Assembly (NCBI GenBank): GCA_964016885.1
Contig: OZ024751.1
Location: 992,001-1,056,000 of the forward strand
From: Eledone cirrhosa
Taxonomy: Eukaryota
Direction: 5' to 3'
DNA: 64,000 bases
How positions within the stretch are numbered: position 1 is the stretch's first letter; every line of letters begins with the position of its first letter. A program made the translations under genes and the position numbers. Below are positions 46,001-59,199 of this stretch, piece by piece. The notes beneath the pieces were generated by a model. It did not search any database and was not told where the DNA came from. It saw nothing but the letters and a program-made list of their open reading frames with translations.

Positions 46001-49000
46001 TGTGTGAGTGTAGATATGTATATACCAACTATACACGCTTCTCTGAGTACAGTGTGTGAGTGTAGATATGTATATATCAACTATACACGCTTCTCTGAGT
46101 ACAGTGTGTGAGTGTAGATATGTATATATCAACTATACACGCTTCTCTGAGTACAGTGTGTGAGTGTAGATATGTATATATCAACTGTACACACTTCCCT
46201 GAGTACAGTGTGTGAGTGTAGATATGTATATATCAACTGTACACACTTCTCTGAGTACAGTGGGTGAGTGTAGATATGTATATATCAACTGTACACACTT
46301 CCCTGAGTACAGTGTGTGAGTGTAGATATGTATATATCAACTGTACACACTTCTCTGAGTACAGTGTGTGAGTGTAGATATGTGTATATCAACTATACAC
46401 ACTTCCCTGAGTACAGTGTGTGAGTGTAGATATGTATATATCAACTATACACGCTTCTCTGAGTGCAATGTGTGAGTGTAGATATGTATATATCAACAGT
46501 ACACACTTCCCTGAGTACAGTGTGTGAGTGTAGATATGTGTATATCAACTGTACACGCTTCTCTGAGTACAGTGGGTGAATGTAGATATGTGTATATCAA
46601 CTATACACACTTCCCTGAGTACAGTGTGTGAGTGTAGATATGTGTATATCAACTGTACACGCTTCCGTGAGTACACTGTGTGAGTGTAGATATGTATATA
46701 TCAACTGTACACGCTTCTCTGAGTACAGTGGGTGAGTGTAGATATGTGTATATCAACTGTACACGATTCCCTGAGTACAGTGTGTGAGTGTAGATATGTA
46801 TATATCAACTGTACACGCTTCCCTGAGTACAGTGTGTGAGTGTAGATATGTGTATATCAACTGTACACGCTTCTCTGAGTACAGTGGGTGAGTGTAGATA
46901 TGTATATATCAACTATACACGCTTCTCTGAGTACAGTGTGTGAGTGTAGATATGTGTATATCAACTATACACGCTTCTCTGAGTACAGTGGGTGAGTGTA
47001 GATATGTATATATCAACTATACACGCTTCTCTGAGTACAGTGTGTGAGTGTAGATATGTATATATCAACTATACACGCTTCCCTAAGTACAGTGTGTGAA
47101 TGTAGATATGTATATATCAACTGTACGCACTTCTCTGAGTACAGTGTGTGAGTGTAGATATGTATATATCAACTGTACACACTTCTCTGAGTACAGTGGG
47201 TGAGTGTAGATATGTGTATATCAACTGTACACGCTTCCCTGAGTACAGTGTGTGAGTGTAGATATGTATATATCAACTGTACACGCTTCCCTGAGTACAG
47301 TGTGTGAGTGTAGATATGTGTATATCAACTGTACACACTTCTCTGAGTACAGTGTGTGAGTGTAGATATGTGTATATCAACTGTACACACTTCCCTGAGT
47401 ACAGTATGTGAGTGTAGATATGTATATATCAACTGTACACACTTCTCTGAGTACAGTGTGTGAGTGTTGATATGTATATATCAACTGTACACACTTCTCT
47501 GAGTACAGTGTGTGAGTGTAGATATGTGTATATCAACTGTACACACTTCCCTGAGTACAGTGTGTGAGTGTAGATATGTGTATATCAACTGTACACACTT
47601 CCCTGAGTAGAGTGTGTGAGTGTAGATATGTATATATCAACTGTACACACTTCCCTGAGTTCAGTGTGTGAGTGTAGATATGTATATATCAACTGTACAC
47701 ACTTCCCTGAGTACAGCGTGTGAGTGTAGATATGTATATATCAACTATACACGCATCTCTGAGTACAGTGTGTGAGTGTAGATATGTATATATCAACTGT
47801 ACACACTTCCCTGAGTACAGTGTGTGAGTGTAGATATGTGTATATCAACTGTACACACTTCTCTGAGTACAGTGTGTGAGTGTAGATATGTATATATCAA
47901 CTGTACACACTTCCCTGAGTACAGTGTGTGAGTGTAGATATGTGTATATCAACTATACACGCTTCTCTGAGTACAGTGTGTGAGTGTAGATATGTGTATA
48001 TCAACTGTACACACTTCCCTGAGTACAGTGTGTGAGTGTAGATATGTATATATCAACTATACACGCTTCTCTGAGTACAGTGTGTGAGTGTAGATATGTA
48101 TATATCAACTATACACGCTTCTCTGAGTACAGTGTGTGAGTGTAGATATGTATATATCAACTATACACGCTTCTCTGAGTACAGTGTGTGAGTGTAGATA
48201 TGTATATATCAACTGTACACACTTCCCTGAGTACAGTGTGTGAGTGTAGATATGTATATATCAACTGTACACACTTCTCTGAGTACAGTGGGTGAGTGTA
48301 GATATGTATATATCAACTGTACACACTTCCCTGAGTACAGTGTGTGAGTGTAGATATGTATATATCAACTGTACACACTTCTCTGAGTACAGTGTGTGAG
48401 TGTAGATATGTGTATATCAACTATACACACTTCCCTGAGTACAGTGTGTGAGTGTAGATATGTATATATCAACTATACACGCTTCTCTGAGTATAATGTG
48501 TGAGTGTAGATATGTATATATCAACAGTACACACTTCCCTGAGTACAGTGTGTGAGTGTAGATATGTGTATATCAACTGTACACGCTTCTCTGAGTACAG
48601 TGGGTGAATGTAGATATGTGTATATCAACTATACACACTTCCCTGAGTACAGTGTGTGAGTGTAGATATGTGTATATCAACTGTACACGCTTCCCTGAGT
48701 ACACTGTGTGAGTGTATATATGTATATATCAACTGTACACGCTTCTCTGAGTACAGTGGGTGAGTGTAGATATGTGTATATAAACTGTACACACTTCCCT
48801 GAGTACAGTGTGTGAGTGTAGATATGTATATATCAACTATACACGCTTCTCTGAGTACAGTGTGTGAGTGTAGATATGTATATATCAACTATACACGCTT
48901 CTCTGAGTACAGTGTGTGAGTGTAGATATGTATATATCAACAGTACACACTTCCCTGAGTACAGTGTGTGATTGTAGATATGTGTATATCAACTGTACAC

Positions 49001-52000
49001 ACTTCCCTGAGTACAGTGTGTGAGTGTAGATATGTATATATCAAGTGTACACACCTCCCTGAGTACAGTGTGTGAGTGTAGATATGTATATATCAACTAT
49101 ACACACTTATCTGAGTACAGTGTGTGAGTGTAGATATGTATATATCAACTGTACACACTTCTCTGAGTACAGTGTGTGAGTGTAGATATGTATATATCAA
49201 CTGTACACACTTCTCTGTGTACAGTGGGTGAGTGTAGATATGTATATATCAACTGTACTCACTTCCCTGAGTACAGTGTGTGAGTGTAGATATGTATATA
49301 TCAACTGTACACGCTTCTCTGAGTACAGTGGGTGAGTGTAGATATGTATATATCAACTGTACACACTTCCCTGAGTACAGTGTGTGAGTGTAGATATGTG
49401 TATATCAACTGTACACACTTCCCTGAGTACAGTGTGTGAGTGTAGATATGTATATATCAACTGTACACACTTCTCTGAGTACAGTGTGTGAGTGTAGATA
49501 TGTACATATCAACTGTACACACTTCCCTGAGTACAGTGTGTGAGTGTAGATATGTATATATCAACTATACACGCTTCTCTGAGTACAGTGTGTGACTGTA
49601 GATATGTATATATCAACTGTACACACTTCCCTGAGTACAGTGTGTGAGTGTAGATATGTATATATCAACTATACACGCTTCTCTGAGTACAGTGTGTGAG
49701 TGTAGATATGTATATATCAACTATACACGCTTCCCTGAGTACAGTGTGTGAGTGTAGATATGTGTATATCAACTATACACACTTCCCTGAGTAGAGTGTG
49801 TGAGTGTAGATATGTATATATCAAGTGTACACACTTCCTTGATTACAGTGTGTGAGTGTAGATATGTATATATCAAGTGTACACACTTCCCTGAGTACAG
49901 TGTGTGAGTGTAGATATGTATATATCAACTGTACACACTTCCCCGAGTACAGTGGGTGAGTGTAGATATGTATATATCAACTGTACTCACTTCCCTGAGT
50001 ACAGTGGGTGAGTGTCGATATGTGTATATCAACTGTACACACTTCCCTGAGTACAGTGTGTGAGTGTAGATATGTATATATCAACTGTACACACTTCTCT
50101 GAGTACAGTGGGTGAGTGTAGATATGTATATATCAACTATACACACTTCCCTGAGTACAGTGTGTGAGTGTAGATATGTGTATATCAACTGTACACACTT
50201 CCCTGAGTACAGTGTGTGAGTGTAGATATGTGTATACACACTTCCCTGAGTACAGTGTGTGAGTGTAGATATGTATATATCAACTGTACACACTTCCCTG
50301 AGTACAGTGGGTGAGTGTAGATATGTGTATATCAACTATACACACTTCCCTGAGTACAGTGTGTGAGTGTAGATATGTGTATATCAACTATACACACTTC
50401 CCTGAGTACAGTGTGTGAGTGTAGATATGTATATATCAACTGTACACACTTCCCTGAGTAGAGTGTGTGAGTGTAGATAAGTATATATCAACTGTACACA
50501 CTTCCCTGAGTACAGTGTGTGAGTGTAGATATGTATATATCAACTGTACACACTTCGCTGAGTACAGTGTGTGAGTGTAGATATGTATATATCAACTATA
50601 CACGCTTCTCTGAGTACAGTGTGTGAGGGTAGATATGTATATATCAACTGTACACACTTCCCTGAGTAGAGTGTGTGAGTGTAGATATGTGTATATCAAC
50701 TGTACACACTTCTCTGAGTACAGTGTGTGAGTGTAGATATGTATATATAAACTGTACACACTTCCCTGAGTACAGTGTGTGAGTGTAGATATGAGTATAT
50801 CAACTATACACGCTTCTCTGAGTACAGTGTGTGAGTGTAGATATGTGTTTATCAACTGTACACACTTCCCTGAATACAGTGTGTGAGTGTAGATATGTAT
50901 ATATCAACTGTACACGTTTCTCTGAGTACAGTGTGTGAGTGTAGATATGTGTATATAAACTGTACACACTTCCCTGAGTACAGTGTGTGAGTGTAGATAT
51001 GTATATATCAACTATACACGCTTCTCTGAGTACAGTGTGTGAGTGTAGATATGTATATATCAACTATACACGCTTCTCTGAGTACAGTGTGTGAGTGTAG
51101 ATATGTATATATCAACTGTACACACTTCCCTGAGTACAGTGTGTGAGTGTAGATATGTATATATCAAGTGTACACACTTCCCTGAGTACAGTGTGTGAGT
51201 GTAGATATGTATATATCAAGTGTACACACTTCCCTGAGTACAGTGTGTGAGTGTAGATATGTATATATCAACTGTACACACTTCCCTGAGTACAGTGTGT
51301 GAGTGTAGATATGTATATATCAACTATACACACTTCCCTGAGTACAGTGTGTGAGTGTAGATATGTGTATATCAACTATACACACTTCCCTGAGTAGAGT
51401 GTGTGAGTGTAGATATGTATATATCAACTATACACACTTCCCTGAGTACAGTGTGTGAGTGTAGATATGTATATATCAACTGTACACGCTTCTCTGAGTA
51501 CAGTGGGTGAGTGTAGATATGTATATATCAACTGTACACACTTCCCTGAGTACAGTGTGTGAGTGTAGATATGTATATATCAACTATACACGCTTCTCTG
51601 AATACAGTGTGTGAGTGTAGATATGTATATATCAACTGTACACACTTCCCTGAGTACAGTGTGTGAGTGTAGATATGTATATATCAACTATACACGCTTC
51701 TCTGAGTACAGTGTGTGAGTGTAGATATGTATATATCAACTATACACGCTTCCCTGAGTACAGTGTGTGAGTGTAGATATGTGTATATCAACTATACACA
51801 CTTCCCTGAGTAGAGTATGTGAGTGTAGATATGTATATATCAACTATACACACTTCCCTGAGTACAGTGTGTGAGTGTAGATATGTATATATCAAGTGTA
51901 CACACTTCCTTGAGTACAGTGTGTGAGTGTAGATATGTATATATCAAGTGTACACACTTCCCTGAGTACAGTGTGTGAGTGTAGATATGTATATATCAAC

Positions 52001-55000
52001 TGTACACACTTCCCCGAGTACAGTGGGTGAGTGTAGATATGTATATATCAACTGTACTCACTTCCCTGAGTACAGTGGGTGAGTGTCGATATGTGTATAT
52101 CAACTGTACACACTTCCCTGAGTACAGTGTGTGAGTGTAGATATGTATATATCAACTGTACACACTTCTCTGAGTACAGTGGGTGAGTGTAGATATGTAT
52201 ATATCAACTATACACACTTCCCTGAGTACAGTGTGTGAGTGTAGATATGTGTATATCAACTGTACACACTTCCCTGAGTACAGTGTGTGAGTGTAGATAT
52301 GTGTATACACACTTCCCTGAGTACAGTGTGTGAGTGTAGATATGTATATATCAACTGTACACACTTCCCTGAGTACAGTGGGTGAGTGTAGATATGTGTA
52401 TATCAACTATACACACTTCCCTGAGTACAGTGTGTGAGTGTAGATATGTGTATATCAACTATACACACTTCCCTGAGTACAGTGTGTGAGTGTAGATATG
52501 TATATATCAACTGTACACACTTCCCTGAGTAGAGTGTGTGAGTGTAGATAAGTATATATCAACTGTACACACTTCCCTGAGTACAGTGTGTGAGTGTAGA
52601 TATGTATATATCAACTGTACACACTTCCCTGAGTACAGTGTGTGAGTGTAGATATGTATATATCAACTATACACGCTTCTCTGAGTACAGTGTGTGAGGG
52701 TAGATATGTATATATCAACTGTACACACTTCCCTGAGTAGAGTGTGTGAGTGTATATATGTGTATATCAACTGTACACACTTCTCTGAGTACATTGTGTG
52801 AGTGTAGATATGTATATATAAACTGTACACACTTCCCTGAGTACAGTGTGTGAGTGTAGATATGTGTATATCAACTATACACGCTTCTCTGAGTACAGTG
52901 TGTGAGTGTAGATATGTGTTTATCAACTGTACACACTTCCCTGAATACAGTGTGTGAGTGTAGATATGTATATATCAACTGTACACGTTTCTCTGAGTAC
53001 AGTGTGTGAGTGTAGATATGTGTATATAAACTGTACACACTTCCCTGAGTACAGTGTGTGAGTGTAGATATGTATATATCAACTATACACGCTTCTCTGA
53101 GTACAGTGTGTGAGTGTAGATATGTATATATCAACTATACACGCTTCTCTGAGTACAGTGTGTGAGTGTAGATATGTATATATCAACTGTACACACTTCC
53201 CTGAGTACAGTGTGTGAGTGTAGATATGTATATATCAAGTGTACACACTTCCCTGAGTACAGTGTGTGAGTGTAGATATGTATATATCAAGTGTACACAC
53301 TTCCCTGAGTACAGTGTGTGAGTGTAGATATGTATATATCAACTATACACACTTCCCTGAGTACAGTGTGTGAGTGTAGATATGTGTATATCAACTATAC
53401 ACACTTCCCTGAGTAGAGTGTGTGAGTGTAGATATGTATATATCAACTATACACACTTCCCTGAGTACAGTGTGTGAGTGTAGATATGTATATATCAACT
53501 GTACACGCTTCTCTGAGTACAGTGGGTGAGTGTAGATATGTATATATCAACTGTACACACTTCTCTGAGTACAGTGGGTGAGTGTAGATATGTATATATC
53601 AACTGTACACACTTCCCTGAGTACAGTGTGTGAGTGTAGATATGTGTATATCAACTATACACACTTCCCTGAGTACAGTGTGTTAGTGTAGATGAGTATA
53701 TATCAACTATACACACTTCCCTGAGTACAGTGTGTGAGTGTAGATATGTATATATCAACTGTACACACTTCCCTGAGTACAGTGTGTGAGTGTAGATATG
53801 TATATATCAACTGTACACACTTCTCTGAGTACAGTGGGTGAGTGTAGATATGTATATATCAACTGTACACACTTCTCTGAGTACAGTGTGTGAGTGTAGA
53901 TATGTATATATCAACTGTACACACTTCCCTGAGTACAGTGTGTGAGTGTAGATATGTATATATCAACTGTACACACTTCTCTGAGTACAGTGGGTGAGTG
54001 TAGATATGTATATATCAACTGTACACACTTCCCTGAGTACAGTGTGTGAGTGTAGATATGTATATATCAACTGTACACACTTCTCTGCGTACAGTTTGTG
54101 AGTGTAGATATGTGTATATCAACTATACACACTTCCCTGAGTACAGTGTGTGAGTGTAGATATGTATATATCAACTATACACGCTTCTCTGAGTACAATG
54201 TGTGAGTGTAGATATGTATATATCAACAGTACACACTTCCCTGAGTACAGTGTGTGAGTGTAGATATGTGTATATCAACTGTACACGCTTCTCTAAGTAC
54301 AGTGGGTGAATGTAGATATGTGTATATCAACTATACACACTTCCCTGAGTACAGTGTGTGAGTGTAGATATGTGTATATCAACTGTACACGCTTCCCTGA
54401 GTACAGTGTGTGAGTGTAGATATGTATATATCAACTGTACACGCTTCTCTGAGTACAGTGGGTGAGTGTAGATATGTGTATATCAACTGTACACGATTCC
54501 CTTAGTACAGTGTGTGAGTGTAGATATGTATATATCAACTATACACGCTTCTCTGAGTACAGTGTGTGAGTGTAGATATGTGTATATCAACTGTACACGA
54601 TTCCCTTAGTACAGTATGTGAGTGTAGATATGTGTATATCAACTGTACACGCTTCCCTGAGTACAGTGTGTGAGTGTAGATATGTATATATCAACTGTAC
54701 ACGCTTCTCTGAGTACAGTGGGTGAGTGTAGATATGTGTATATCAACTGTACACGATTCCCTTAGTACAGTGTGTGAGTGTAGATATGTATATATCAACT
54801 GTACGCACTTCTCTGAGTACAGTGTGTGAGTGTAGATATGTGTATATCAACTGTACACACTTCCCTGAGTACAGTGTGTGAGTGTAAATATGTATATATC
54901 AACTGTACACACTTCTCTGAGTACAGTGTGTGAGTGTAGATATGTATATATCAACTGTACACACTTCCCTGAGTACAGTGTGTGAGTGTAGATATGTATA

Positions 55001-58000
55001 TATCAACTGTACACACTTCTCTGAGTACAGTGTGTGAGTGTAGATATGTGTATATCAACTGTACACACTTCCCTGAGTACAGTGTGTGAGTGTAGATATG
55101 TATATATCAACTGTACACGCTTCCCTGAGTACAGTGTGTGAGTGTAGATATGTGTATATCAACTGTACACACTTCTCTGAGTACAGTGTGTGAGTGTAGA
55201 TATGTGTATATCAACTGTTCACACTTCCCTGAGTACAGTGTGTGAGTGTAGATATGTATATATCAACTGTACACACTTCTCTGAGTACAGTGTGTGAGTG
55301 TTGATATGTATATATCAATTGTACACACTTCTCTGAGTACAGTGTGTGAGTGTAGATATGTGTATATCAACTGTACACACTTCCCTGAGTACAGTGTGTG
55401 AGTGTAGATATGTGTATATCAACTGTACACACTTCCCTGAGTAGAGTGTGTGAGTGTAGATATGTATATATCAACTGTACACACTTCCCTGAGTTCAGTG
55501 TGTGAGTGTAGATATGTAGATATCAACTGTACACACTTCCCTGAGTACAGTGTGTGAGTGTAGATATGTATATATCAACTATACACGCATCTCTGAGTAC
55601 AGTGTGTGAGTGTAGATATGTATATATCAACTGTACACACTTCCCTGAGTACAGTGTGTGAGTGTAGATATGTGTATATCAACTGTACACACTTCTCTGA
55701 GTACAGTGTGTGAGTGTAGATATGTATATATCAACTGTACACACTTCCCTGAGTACAGTGTGTGAGTGTAGATATGTGTATATCAACTATACACGCTTCT
55801 CTGAGTACAGTGTGTGAGTGTAGATATGTGTATATCAACTGTACACACTTCCCTGAGTACAGTGTGTGAGTGTAGATATGTATATATCAACTATACACGC
55901 TTCTCTGAGTACAGTGTGTGAGTGTAGATATGTATATATCAACTATACACGCTTCTCTGAGTACAGTGTGTGAGTGTAGATATGTATATATCAACTATAC
56001 ACGCTTCTCTGAGTACAGTGTGTGAGTGTAGATATGTATATATCAACTATACACGCTTCTCTGAGTACAGTGTGTGAGTGTAGATATGTATATATCAACT
56101 GTACACACTTCCCTGAGTACAGTGTGTGAGTGTAGATATGTATATATCAACTGTACACACTTCTCTGAGTACAGTGGGTGAGTGTAGATATGTATATATC
56201 AACTGTACACACTTCCCTGAGTACAGTGTGTGAGTGTAGATATGTATATATCAACTGTACACACTTCTCTGAGTACAGTGTGTGAGTGTAGATATGTGTA
56301 TATCAACTATACACACTTCCCTGAGTACAGTGTGTGAGTGTAGATATGTATATATCAACTATACACGCTTCTCTGAGTGCAATGTGTGAGTGTAGATATG
56401 TATATATCAACAGTACACACTTCCCTGAGTACAGTGTGTGAGTGTAGATATGTGTATATCAACTGTACACGCTTCTCTGAGTACAGTGGGTGAATGTAGA
56501 TATGTGTATATCAACTATACACACTTCCCTGAGTACAGTGTGTGAGTGTAGATATGTGTATATCAACTGTACACGCTTCCGTGAGTACACTGTGTGAGTG
56601 TAGATATGTATATATCAACTGTACACGCTTCTCTGAGTACAGTGGGTGAGTGTAGATATGTGTATATCAACTGTACACGATTCCCTGAGTACAGTGTGTG
56701 AGTGTAGATATGTATATATCAACTGTACACGCTTCCCTGAGTACAGTGTGTGAGTGTAGATATGTGTATATCAACTGTACACGCTTCTCTGAGTACAGTG
56801 GGTGAGTGTAGATATGTATATATCAACTATACACGCTTCTCTGAGTACAGTGTGTGAGTGTAGATATGTGTATATCAACTATACACGCTTCTCTGAGTAC
56901 AGTGGGTGAGTGTAGATATGTATATATCAACTATACACGCTTCTCTGAGTACAGTGTGTGAGTGTAGATATGTATATATCAACTATACACGCTTCCCTAA
57001 GTACAGTGTGTGAATGTAGATATGTATATATCAACTGTACGCACTTCTCTGAGTACAGTGTGTGAGTGTAGATATGTATATATCAACTGTACACACTTCT
57101 CTGAGTACAGTGGGTGAGTGTAGATATGTGTATATCAACTGTACATGCTTCCCTGAGTACAGTGTGTGAGTGTAGATATGTATATATCAACTGTACACGC
57201 TTCCCTGAGTACAGTGTGTGAGTGTAGATATGTGTATATCAACTGTACACACTTCTCTGAGTACAGTGTGTGAGTGTAGATATGTGTATATCAACTGTAC
57301 ACACTTCCCTGAGTACAGTATGTGAGTGTAGATATGTATATATCAACTGTACACACTTCTCTGAGTACAGTGTGTGAGTGTTGATATGTATATATCAACT
57401 GTACACACTTCTCTGAGTACAGTGTGTGAGTGTAGATATGTGTATATCAACTGTACACACTTCCCTGAGTACAGTGTGTGAGTGTAGATATGTGTATATC
57501 AACTGTACACACTTCCCTGAGTAGAGTGTGTGAGTGTAGATATGTATATATCAACTGTACACACTTCCCTGAGTTCAGTGTGTGAGTGTAGATATGTATA
57601 TATCAACTGTACACACTTCCCTGAGTACAGCGTGTGAGTGTAGATATGTATATATCAACTATACACGCATCTCTGAGTACAGTGTGTGAGTGTAGATATG
57701 TATATATCAACTGTACACACTTCCCTGAGTACAGTGTGTGAGTGTAGATATGTGTATATCAACTGTACACACTTCTCTGAGTACAGTGTGTGAGTGTAGA
57801 TATGTGTATATCAACTATACACGCTTCTCTGAGTACAGTGTGTGAGTGTAGATATGTGTATATCAACTGTACACACTTCCCTGAGTACAGTGTGTGAGTG
57901 TAGATATGTATATATCAACTATACACGCTTCTCTGAGTACAGTGTGTGAGTGTAGATATGTATATATCAACTATACACGCTTCTCTGAGTACAGTGTGTG

Positions 58001-58638
58001 AGTGTAGATATGTATATATCAACTATACACGCTTCTCTGAGTACAGTGTGTGAGTGTAGATATGTATATATCAACTGTACACACTTCCCTGAGTACAGTG
58101 TGTGAGTGTAGATATGTATATATCAACTGTACACACTTCTCTGAGTACAGTGGGTGAGTGTAGATATGTATATATCAACTGTACACACTTCCCTGAGTAC
58201 AGTGTGTGAGTGTAGATATGTATATATCAACTGTACACACTTCTCTGAGTACAGTGTGTGAGTGTAGATATGTGTATATCAACTATACACACTTCCCTGA
58301 GTACAGTGTGTGAGTGTAGATATGTATATATCAACTATACACGCTTCTCTGAGTATAATGTGTGAGTGTAGATATGTATATATCAACAGTACACACTTCC
58401 CTGAGTACAGTGTGTGAGTGTAGATATGTGTATATCAACTGTACACGCTTCTCTGAGTACAGTGGGTGAATGTAGATATGTGTATATCAACTATACACAC
58501 TTCCCTGAGTACAGTGTGTGAGTGTAGATATGTGTATATCAACTGTACACGCTTCCCTGAGTACACTGTGTGAGTGTATATATGTATATATCAACTGTAC
58601 ACGCTTCTCTGAGTACAGTGGGTGAGTGTAGATATGTG
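35275..58638. repeat. Large tandem segmental duplication: copy A ~35275-48776 (260 monomers), copy B ~48777-58638 (190 monomers)
   Basis: ORFs 36579/50081, 37090/50592, 38650/52152 and 39161/52663 are offset by 13502. CCTTGATTAC and TACATTG occur once in each copy. Beyond the internal 3536-bp duplication the offset drops to 9914 (GTACAGCG 47711/57625) and then 9862 (ACACTG...GTGTATATA 48701/58563). Confidence 0.88.
40041..47112. repeat. Near-perfect tandem duplication of 68 full-length monomers (3536 bp)
   Basis: GATGAGTATA at 40241/43777, GTGGAT at 40706/44242 and TATACCAAC at 42485/46021 are all offset by 3536 = 68x52. CTCTGCGT, CCCTTAG, ACTGTTC, GTGTTGAT and GTACACTG are also paired. Confidence 0.92.
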
Positions 58639-59199
58639 TATATCAACTGTACACGATTCCCTGAGTACAGTGTGTGAGTGTAGATATGTATATATCAACT
58701 GTACACGCTTCCCTGAGTACAGTGTGTGAGTGTAGATATGTGTATATCAACTGTACACGCTTCTCTGAGTACAGTGGGTGAGTGTAGATATGTATATATC
58801 AACTATACACGCTTCTCTGAGTACAGTGGGTGAATGTAGATATGTATATATCAACTGTACGTACTTCTCTGAGTACAGTGTGTGAGTGTAGATATGTATA
58901 TATCAACTGTACACACTTCTCTGAGTACAGTGTGTGAGTGTAGATATGTGTATATCAACTGTACACACTTCCCTGAGTACAGTGTGTGAGTGTAGATATG
59001 TATATATCAACTGTACACGCTTCTCTGAGTACAGTGGGTGAGTGTAGATATGTGTATATCAACTGTTGCACGCTTCCCTGAGTACAGTGTGTGAGTGTAG
59101 ATATGTATATATCAACTGTACACGCTTCTCTGAGTACAGTGGGTGAGTGTAGATATGTGTATATCAACTGTTGCACACTTCCCTGAGTACAGTGTGTGA

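Noticed and set aside
27840-53040. TATAAA (TATA-box-like) variants in some monomers
   Set aside because: A single C>A change in TATATCAAC, spread by duplication. There is no promoter context or downstream gene.
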